NCBI RefSeq assembly: GCF_964355755.1 | Contig: NC_092675.1 | Coordinates: forward strand, 30,228,912 to 30,292,911 | DNA length: 64,000 nt | Source of the DNA: Antedon mediterranea | Lineage: Eukaryota; Animalia; Echinodermata | Direction of reading: 5' to 3' | Shown here: piece after piece, positions 54,456 through 64,000 of the stretch | Numbering within the stretch: position 1 is the first letter of the stretch | How the letters are laid out: every line of letters starts with the position of its first letter | Notes under the pieces: generated by a model | What the model was told of the DNA's origin: nothing | Seen by the model: only the letters and a program-made list of their open reading frames with translations | The model's database searches: none | Made by a program: the position numbers and the translations under genes

Positions 54456-55777
54456 AAGAATCATTTCAATTTGAATCAAACTTGTTAACAAGACCAGCAA
54501 GAAATCGCCGCAAGTCTGCTAAATTGCTTGTATCGTCCATCAAAAAGGAGAAAGATGTAGTGGCTGCGGAGGGAGCTGCGACCGAGTCTGTAACACAAAA
54601 GAGGAAACGAAGCAAAGGTGGCAGTGATGGTAATTTAACCAGCCAAGACAGTTCCTCAGATAGAGAACGTATGCCTCCAAAAATAAAGATTAAACCGGTG
54701 TTAAAATGCCCAGAAAGCGAGATAACCATTGCTAAAAGAGCCTCTAAGAAAAGTCAGAAACCTCGTCTGGAAATTGATACATCTCCAGATCGTAGCATTA
54801 TGATCAAGCAAGATGCTGATAGTGGAATCAAATTAAAACTAATTTTATCACCTAAACATTCCGATAAATCTACTGAAGAGTTAGTAGATGATTCTGCTAG
54901 CTGCTCATCTAAACATAAATCTGAAAAGAGAAAGAAAGAACCCATCAAAACAAGGATAGTTAGGCAGGACGGTGAGCTATCAATTAGTGAGTTCTCTGGT
55001 CAAGAATCAATAGAACCTATACTACTCAAGAAAACTGAAAACAAGAAAAGGAAACATTTAGATATTGATTCTCAACAAATACAGGAATTAAACAAAGTTA
55101 ATTATGAACTTAATACGAGTGAGAAAAGTAAAAGTAAAAAATCTAAATTATCAACATCATCCGTTTCAGATGATAAGTCAAGTGGTTTGCAGATTATACT
55201 GGGAGATCATGGTAGTCATAAACATTCTAGCAGTCATAAAAAGAAGAAAAAGAAAAGTAAAGAAAAATCCAAAACACCTGCTGCCCCAGAGCCTATTGAA
55301 TTGACCATTGATGAGTCAGTTTTAAATGATATCGACATGGCGTTAGATTTGGAGCAACCACTTGTACAAGTAGAAGCTCCTATTAAAGAACTGAAACTTA
55401 AGAGTCACAGCAAATTGAAAAAGCTTGAGAAATTGAGGAGAAGGAAAGAAAAAGAAAGACGTGAACGAAGGGAGCGACATGAAAGACATCGTGAAAAAAA
55501 ACGTCACAAGCATAATAAACCGAAACGACCAAAATTCAAAAGCACAGGCATTAAAACATCTGGTGGAGTGAAGATAAAGTCTAAACTGTATGGACCACCT
55601 CCTAACCTCATGCTGCCAGAGTCTCTGAAAGGAGTGCAAGGAGACATTCCAAGGCCTAGCACAAGCACTGGCAGTAAAATAATGAATGAAACTGAAGTGA
55701 AAAAAGAATTGAAAAAAATTCAGGCTAAAGCAAAGAAAAATTTATCCCCGAAAGGGGATGCCAAGGCTAAAGTAAAG
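54456..55777 (+). CDS. HMGXB4: HMGXB4 coding exon 2, long Lys/Ser/Glu-rich low-complexity region
   Basis: Open for 1322 nt between tttgtAG and AAG|GTAATT, with basic tracts (HKKKKKKSKEK, RRRKEKERRERR). Phase-0 join to the HMG-box exon. Confidence 0.88.
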
Positions 55778-56249
55778 GTAATTGACAATTATTGATAATA
55801 ACACATCGATATTGGCACTTAATGCACAAAACCTCTAGCGCTTCTACTGTATTATTTCCGTGGATATATTTAGGATAAAAAACATCTTTGTAAACATTAC
55901 TCCCAGAATGTTGCAGACAGTAATACGTATTTACCTTACCAGTTGTACACATGTGGTGGGTGGAGAGAGGCAAACATAGGTAAAGTGTCTAAGAATTACT
56001 GATCACAAGTTCAAATCCAACACTAGTCATATATGAGTAGTTATCCAAAACTCCACTATTGGATGGTTTGTACACTTGTACTTATTATTATCACAACTGG
56101 ATTTATTGCTTTAATTTTGAGGGCTGGTTTAACACTGCTCTAAACATACACATTCGTCTGTATTACCAGGGAGATGATTTACATCTCTCTGGGATTACCA
56201 TTTGCAGTTCAGTATCATTTTAGTCTTTAAACTGCTATTATCATTTCAG

Positions 56250-56328
56250 GTGAAGAAACCTTTATCAGCTTACCAAATGTGGTGCAAACATTACAGGAAG
56301 CAACTTATGATTGATAATCCAAACATAG
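56250..56328 (+). CDS. HMGXB4: HMGXB4 coding exon 3, N-terminal half of HMG box (VKKPLSAYQMWCKHYRKQLMIDNPNI)
   Basis: tttcAG acceptor, G|GTAAG donor, and the KKPLSAY HMG-box start motif. Confidence 0.92.
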
Positions 56329-57644
56329 GTAAGACAACAAACATACCATCATCTTACATGGTCTGTGTTTATTTGGTCGTCTTTGTGGTTTTTGTGTGTT
56401 TACCATTTGTGTATTCCGTCTGTCTGTCTGTTAATTAATACTGAGATGATGTATTCTTAACCAACTGTACCGTAGTTCACAATGTTTTTTAATACTTGTA
56501 TGTGCTCAGAATATCTCAGTTAAACAGTTTTTTTTTCTGTCTTTACTTTAAAGTCTGGTTTTTCCTTGAACCTTCTGAAGGGCACTGTACTATCAGCTTT
56601 CTACAGCAAATTGAATTTAATTGTGGTTTCATATTTGTTCTGTCAATTTTAAATAGTTGAATTAGAACACAGTCTATTATCTTATGTTAGGGATCTACTT
56701 GACTATGATTGTTAAATGATACCTATTATTAGTTTAGGGGTCTACTTACAGTAGGATGACGATGACAAGATACCGATCGGAAGACGGTTAGGTTATTCAA
56801 TTTATTACTACTACTGTATTTTGTGGAAGTTCTTTTTAGTATGAACTGTTTCTTGAAACAGTTTCGGAAATTTATAAGATTTATAAAGCGCCTATATCCA
56901 CAAAGTGCCCAAAGCGCTTGTTAAAGCCATAAAAAAGACAAACCTTGAAACTAAAAACAACGACGAATTTAAAAAAAAATTGGAATGAAAACAGACCAAT
57001 GGAACCCACATCACTGCTTCCGTTTACCAGCAATTTAAGGTGCACAGACCTGCAGGCACATTACTCACAGGTGTTCTCAGTAATGTGGGTATCTATAGGA
57101 GCTAAACAATAACCTTACAAATTTCCAAAGGCAGCTGACAGCAGATGCGTCTTTTAGCTAAATATATGAGCAAATGGTCACTCAGTTTTATATTAAACCA
57201 CCTATCTGATAGGACAGTGCTTAATTTACTATTGGTACTCCTACAGTAGTAACAAATTAAAATATATGTAAAATGGTATGATAAGGTGCCATGTGGGGTA
57301 AGACACTGTTAGAAGAGAGTACAATCACAGGAAGTGTACAAGTTATAAAGATGTTGATATCAGGAACCCATTAAATTAAACCAACATAAACAAGATGAGC
57401 ACAAACTTAATTTCATACCACACAATGAGTTTTATAATCGGTTTCAATTTAAACTTAATGTCTACTATAAAAAATTAATGTCTTTATTTGTTCCCATGAA
57501 ATAATAACTTTAATGTTTTGCTCTGTTTCAAATGTCTTTGGCAAATTAAATTTCAATAATACTGTACATGTTAAATATGTTTAAACTTGGAATTACTTGT
57601 AGTATTTAAGTTTTTGATCAAATTTTTTACCTACAGTAATGTAA

Positions 57645-57803
57645 AGCTCTGTCTACACTAAAAGTGTAATAAAGAAGTGTGATGTGCCCAAATATGGTAG
57701 TGATATGCTTAAATATGGTAGTGATATGCTTAAATATGGTAGTAATATGACATCATTATGTCCATAATATATGGGCACATTACATTTTTTGTCAAAAAGC
57801 TTT
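57645..57803. mobile_element. MITE family A, right end eroded, opposite orientation to the copies at 59035 and 59401
   Basis: TAA-AGCTCTGTCTACACTA followed by three AAATATGGTAGT(G/A)ATATG subrepeats. Confidence 0.75.
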
Positions 57804-58352
57804 AGAGTTCAATCAACATTAGGTGTACACTACATGGAATTTTTAATATGCCTAAGACTTCTATAATGATTCAAGTTTAGGGGAAGTTTGTGGTTCTATG
57901 TTAAAGTTTTTAGATTGGTTAAAGAAAGTGGCCTGTATTGGATAGTTTGTCAAGGTTGTCAATAAGGAAAGTGGCCACAAACGAAGGCTGCTACATTATA
58001 TCATCACCTTCAATGAAGGCTACTAAATTATCATCACCTAATAATATTTATAGTTCCCTTCTCCTTCCCAGAAACAAGCATGCTGATTTGTCATGCATTA
58101 AATTATATTTGATTGACATCATCAAAATATTAATTAACAATTGAAATATTATACTACACATCTGACAAAGGAATACTGTTGGGTTTTTTTTCTGAAAGAT
58201 TTGCACTTTTTGATGCTCGTCGTTTTGCTGTACTGTTTTTGTATCTCCATTGAGATCTACAGTAGCCACCCTCAGCATTGTCATTTTTTTTAGTAATTTG
58301 CCTTTAGAAAATTACACTAATAATAGTAATATTTAATGAATTTTATTTACAG

Positions 58353-58648
58353 ATGCAGCAGATTTCGGAACGATCAGCCAAATGCTTGGTGCCCTCTGGC
58401 AAAAGTTAACAGACAAAGAAAAGGTAGAATGGCATCGCCTCGCAGGTACGCATTTGAGTAACCGCAGAAGAAGTTCAACAAGCAGTACTAAGCAAGTGAG
58501 AGAAGGAAGGTTTAGTGTCAGCCTGCCTAGATCTAAAAGCAGTGTCCGAATTAACCCACCCAACACAGATCCTGTTGATGTCGCAGCGCACTTGTTGTTA
58601 TTAGGCGAGTCGCTTAGTAATGTTGGACAAAAACTTCAAGAACATCAG
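58353..58648 (+). CDS. HMGXB4: HMGXB4 coding exon 4, C-terminal half of HMG box plus start of conserved C-terminal domain
   Basis: Encodes DFGTISQMLGALWQKLTDKEKVEW and PVDVAAHLLLLGESLSNVGQKLQE, matching vertebrate HMGXB4 PIDVAAHLQLLGESL. Ends at CAG|GTACC. Confidence 0.93.
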
Positions 58649-59034
58649 GTACCTTAAAATGTTACTCCAAAGGTTCTAAAAATATTATAAATTACATGAA
58701 ATATTTTGCATACCGTATATGATAATTATGATACTGATAAAACTATTGTGCATTTATCTTAAGAAGACATTACTTTTTAAAAAAACACAACAAAACAGAC
58801 AAATCACACAAGAAAAGGTTACCTATTTTTATTTTAAATTTTAAATTTGATTATGTACAGTATGTGGATCTGCAATTTAAAATTTAAAAAAAAAAGTGAA
58901 CTTTAAAAACTTAAAACCTCAATATAAAAAGGAAATTTAAGAATCATTTGTGGTTTATTTTCGTGTTGACCTGTATATCCTCTAGTTTGCCATAATGGCA
59001 GGTGGAATTCCTCATTATTTGTGAACGTATGTAA

Positions 59035-59189
59035 AGCTCTGTCTACACTAGCAAACTTTATGTGATAACAAATGTTTTGTGCCCATATATGGACATGATG
59101 TTGTCATATCACTACCAAATTTAGGCATATCACTACTATATTTGGGCGCATCACACTTCCTTTGTCAAACTAGTAGTGTAGACAGAGCG
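59035..59189. mobile_element. MITE family A in HMGXB4 intron
   Basis: AGCTCTGTCTACACTA…TAGTGTAGACAGAGCG, flanks TAA/TTA. Confidence 0.85.
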
Positions 59190-59247
59190 TTAGTTAGCAC
59201 TTTATTGGCACTACTGTGGGCTTGCAACTTAAATGTTATTCTTGCAG

Positions 59248-59373
59248 AATACACAAATGGAAGTTCAAGGCAGCCTGTCTGTACTCCTGGATTCCACCAT
59301 ATGTGCACTAGGCCCACTGCTATGCCTTACATCACAAGTACCTGAACTAAGAGGCTGCAGAAAGGACACACAT
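59248..59373 (+). CDS. HMGXB4: HMGXB4 coding exon 5 ([42 protein letters not shown])
   Basis: Not shown in this frame by the ORF track; translated by hand. Matches the HMGXB4 signature [21 protein letters not shown]. Boundaries are ttgcAG and GTAAG, phase 0-0. Confidence 0.93.
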
Positions 59374-59400
59374 GTAAGCACTACCATTAATGCATTCTAA

Positions 59401-59550
59401 CGCTCTGTCTACATTATCAAACTTTATGTGATGTGCCCATAAGGACATGATGATGTCATATCACTACCATATTTCGGCATACAGCATCACTACCATATTT
59501 TACACATCACACTTTTTTGTCACATAAAGTTTGATAGTGTAGACAGAGAT
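59401..59550. mobile_element. MITE family A in HMGXB4 intron
   Basis: CGCTCTGTCTACATTATCAAACTTTATGTGA…TCACATAAAGTTTGATAGTGTAGACAGAGAT with TAA on both sides. Confidence 0.85.
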
Positions 59551-60745
59551 TAAGCAGGATATCTTTATTTGCAAATATCAATTTCTATTTTGTAAGATCC
59601 CTACCAGTATGAACTATATGTAAAAGTTTATAGTTTCATTACAGCTACTGTAGTTGGTTTGTTCTAATTCTCCCAATACTGGCCACTATTGGACCAGCCT
59701 ATATATTTTCTGGTTTTTATTTTTATTCAAGATACAAGAAATGTTATGGGTCCACTTTAAAATGGAAATTTGTTTTGCTTGGCATAATTAAAACAATGAA
59801 ACAACATAGACAAATACATCAAAAGGCAAAGTTAAAATACTATTTATATTGAAAATGCTGTTAAAAAACTATAAAAAATGCAGATTGCAAGAAACGCCAT
59901 AGGCTCTGTAAATTACTGTTAAAACGATTAAAATAAAAATTACAACAAAGAGTTATTGTCAAACATTAGAATTTATAAATATTAATTATTTTTAAGGAAA
60001 TTTGAAGTCATTTATTTATTGTAAAAGGTTTTCGACTTTCAATATCTAAGCAAGCAAACTACTTAAGTACACTATGAAGGAATTAAATAACAAATTAGAT
60101 AACTAAGTGGGGAGGGTAAGAGTTGATGATACAATCTTGGCAAAGAAGAATGAAAGCCTGCATTCAAGAGAGGCATAGTAGATGAAGCAGAATTTAAATT
60201 AGATTTGACAGCCTTCTATAGCATCCAGTGTTTACTAAGCTTGTTATGTCGGCAATTTACCTTTCATTCTTACCAATCCAGATGTTTTAAAATGCTTTCG
60301 GCATTTTTCTGAGGTACTCGCGGTTACCCTAGCGGTCATTCACACTTTTTTAACAAATATTTGTGTCTGCCGTTTGTTACTATTTTTAACTTTCAATAGG
60401 TTCTTTAAGTTGAATGTCTTGTTAACTATAATAAAATATTGTTTTGTTATGCTTCAGTGATCTTGTTACGCATTTTTCAAGATTCGCCCTGCATCAATCA
60501 TTTGGTCATCATCTTTGATAATATTATCAAATACCGAAACAATCAATGTTGTCCTACCATACTGTACGTTTAAGTTCAGGCCAATTCACAAACAATTAAA
60601 AAATATTCTTTCCTGTGATATTTTTATTAGATTTTCTTGTAGGAGGTTTATTATAGTACATTTTCCATAAAGTTGCTAAGTCTATTTAAACAATGTTTGA
60701 ATTATTGATCATATCAAATTAACTGTGTTTTTAAATATCTTTCAG

Positions 60746-60790
60746 GTTTCAATATTGGACAACATTGCCTACATTATGCCTGCATTGTGA
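60746..60790 (+). CDS. HMGXB4: HMGXB4 last coding exon (VSILDNIAYIMPAL*)
   Basis: tttcAG acceptor. Matches the HMGXB4 C-terminus LDNIAYIMPGL. The spliced CDS totals 1962 nt = 653 aa plus stop. Confidence 0.93.
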   Translation, partial: VSILDNIAYIMPAL

Positions 60791-63501
60791 GTCTTGCTGT
60801 CTACATATACTAAAATAAGAAGGCTTGACCAGTGTATATGGTAGGTGAGTGACCCTGAAGAGGACATGATTGATTAAGTGGAGCATCCTGGCGTGCAACA
60901 CCACCAAGCTGACCACTTCGCTGACCATGGACTGTTAACAGATCCTTCCTGTAGCGTTACTGGTACTATCCGACTACTGACAAACTTCACCTGTTGTTGT
61001 AAACAGTGTCATATTACAGTTTTGATATCAATATTTATATCATTAATATAATAATAATTTGGTTTGATTATCGTATATTTGTCTGCTATGTACATATATA
61101 CACTATCAGTGTAGTCACAAAACTGTTAAATTTACTGAAAATGTTGCTGTAATAGTATTACAACACGGTAATATTTATATAGTGACACTTCAAATAATAT
61201 TTCATAAGTAGACAACACAAATATGGTGTTACAGAGCATCCAACACAATCTATGATGTTGTAAGACAAAATGTTGTACTTTATTGTAATTATTTAATATT
61301 CTGATTGATTATTCTGATGTACAGTACCTATTAACTTTGAAAAACATTTTTGTTGACTAAACAATGAATAAGATCAAATGTACAGTAAAATACAATTAGT
61401 ATTAGTAATAAGTTGATACAGATACAACAGTTCCTCACACCCACGGCAATGCTGTGTAAGCCTACCTAGTCACAATGAATTGACATATTCTTGTAGGCAA
61501 GGTATGTGGTTAGAGCATTATGGCATGTTGTGTCCTGGTATCGTAGCACCTTTAAGCATATTAATCCTATAAATTAACGTAACCTATGTTAGTCCTTTGC
61601 TCAGGAACCGAGATAAGAGATATTAATTAGTAGATAACTTTTAATGATTAAACATTCCCGGGGGAAGATTTTCAGTGACTTTATAATTCTCCAGAGAGAT
61701 TTAAAAGAATGAAAATCTGAAATTGGACCTTGTTGGCATTATTACACATTAACATGCAAAATAATGTTATCCTTTATTATAAATCCTACCTTGGAATTGT
61801 ATTAATCACTTTGGAAAATTAAAGAGTCAATTTATTTAAGATTTGTTAATTATTTTATTTATTAATTAATCTTTTATAAGGGCATTGACCTTGCTTAGGG
61901 TTTGGAATTACAAGTTGCATTTACAGAAAGTAAAGTGTAGATTATTGTGTTAACTTGTATGTTGTCTTATGATTATTTAATTTGAACTTTAATCATAATA
62001 TCCACCTTTTCAATGATCATTTTGTTTCTGTTTGGAATAGAATAGATTTATTGATATAATGTTGACCTGGTTAATACAAGCCTTGTCAAATCTACTTCTT
62101 ATTTGACCCATTTTTTTAGGCCTTTCTATTTTAAAAATAAAAGTATCTAAAAAGTGATTTTTCCTTACTGTAACTTCGAAATATATAATGCAATAACAGG
62201 TGCATGCAGTTGTATTAGCTGTTATATCATCACTATTACTAGTAATAGAGGTTAATGCTAGTCTGATGCTGCTGTTTGGTTTGTGTTTCAGCAACCCTGC
62301 ATCTGTTGCCTGGCTGGCTATTCAATGTGTGTCCACCTAGTATTCCTGGCCTTCTGCACATTGCTTGTGGCTGCTCTAACCTCAAACTAACTCAACAGCA
62401 AACCTGTTGTTTGGGAGGGGTCTACATCTTACTGAAAGCTTCATTTACAAGGTGTTCAAAAGCCTCAACTATATACAAGGTTCAATGTTTAATATACATA
62501 GGTGGTAGCTCCTGTAAAGAACTAAATTAGTGTGAGGAAGCTGAGGCCAAGGGTATCTATTCCAGGAGGTACGTAGTCTGTAGCCACTGTACCCAAAGGA
62601 AGGGTTTGTATTTAATTAACACATTATTTAGGATGATTGTATACAAGTTCAAGTTTTACTACTGTTGTCAGACTTGTATCCCTTGGGAAATCTAGTACCC
62701 CCGTTCAAGGACCTACGTCCCAGGTGTCTATGCTAACATTTAATGAGTCTTCCCCAAGAGAGTGTGTGTACCCAGGGAGGGTCTACCATAATTTAAAGTA
62801 CCTATGTCTCCCTCTGATATCTTGTCAGTGATATTGGTTTGTTGTCAGTGGGTTTGATATTCTCCATGTGTATTTTATTTCTTCCCTTTTAATTACTACA
62901 CAATCCCTTGCTAATTCAGGTCACCCTCGATTCTGTCACTATATGCGGCATTAAAACTGTAACATTTTGTCACAATGCTAACCTATCCCCTGGTGGCGTA
63001 GTGGGTTACACCCAATCATAATTATACATCCCGAGCCTGTTTATTATCAAATGTCAACTCTCTCCTCAATCACTGTGTTATTGAAAAAATCAATACTATA
63101 TTTAATCTATTATTAATTATACATTCATATTTAGTTATTTTATCATGTACTTGTACTGTCAAAGGAAAAATATATCTTTTGATAACGATAATTGAGTATT
63201 ATTACTATTTGAATTGAAAATATTGTTTAAAATGAATTTAAATGATATGGTATTTCTAATTTATTTATTTAGAAACACATGAAAAAAGGAAAAAGACTAA
63301 ACAAAGTGTATGTACTGATTGTAGTAATTTCATTTAAGGATTGATTTTCAAGATGGAAACATTTTTTTAGATATTTCATATTACACCAGCCATTTAATAT
63401 GATGTTATAACATAGTATGTTGGTGACGTATTGATACATTTATTGAGCACTGTAGTGTATATATGTACATTGTGTATCTAAAGTAAGCATATGTTTGATA
63501 T

Positions 63502-63753
63502 TACTGTGATATATAACATAGTGTAGCCCTATCAAAATGCTGTACTGTGATATATAACATAGTGTAGCCCTATCAAAATGCTGTACTGTGATATATAACA
63601 TAGTGTAGCCCTATCAAAATGCTGTACTGTGATATATAACATAGTGTAGCCCTATCAAAATGCTGTACTGTGATATATAACATAGTGTAGCCCTATCAAA
63701 ATGCTGTACTGTGATATATAACATAGTGTAGCCCTATCAAAATGCTGTACTGT
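63502..63753. repeat. Tandem repeat, 41-bp unit TACTGTGATATATAACATAGTGTAGCCCTATCAAAATGCTG, 6 copies
   Basis: Directly visible. Confidence 0.97.
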
Positions 63754-64000
63754 GTAAATTATGTTTACACTGTGAAGCAGTGGCGTGACATAAAGAAATA
63801 AAGCGGCTTGATTAGTGGTGGTATAAGGTACCAGAAAAAGAAAAGTTATTAAGGTATGGTTAAGATTAAGGTTAAGGTTAAGATTAGAAGAATGTTTATT
63901 TCAACAAATTGTTGTGTTTATTGTATCAAAAGTACAACTTTTCTTTGATTAACTGAAAGATGCTAAGAAAATGATTTTAAAACAATATGTAAATAAAGTT

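Noticed and set aside
54440-55795. 451-aa ORF as a standalone gene
   Set aside because: It is an internal HMGXB4 exon (54456-55777) with a non-ATG start in intron sequence.
62270-63030. GC-richer stretch with short ORFs downstream of HMGXB4
   Set aside because: No coherent reading frame or motif; probably a decayed retroelement.

Overview
This is AT-rich animal (eukaryotic) genomic DNA with GT-AG introns. A marine invertebrate, possibly an echinoderm, is my inference only. Two genes are well supported, both on the + strand. (1) An SCL/TAL1-family bHLH factor has its CDS in one exon at 46260-47417, with a probable promoter and first exon about 8.3 kb upstream (approx. 37400-37923). (2) An HMGXB4 orthologue was reconstructed by hand from six coding exons (53294-60790, 653 aa, all splice phases consistent). 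The first ~37 kb has no credible protein-coding gene. It contains minisatellites, MITEs, degenerate LINE/SINE pieces and candidate GATA/E-box enhancers. A young 5'-truncated L2/CR1-group LINE lies between the two genes. There are no CRISPR arrays, rRNA or tRNA genes, and I cannot claim a wholly new biological system. The best leads are: a possible splice/uORF switch at the Scl start codon; a paired TAL1::GATA composite-motif cluster upstream of Scl; three in-frame tandem acceptors inside the HMG box; MITEs bracketing HMGXB4 exons; and abundant palindromic 'scars' that look like transposon footprints.
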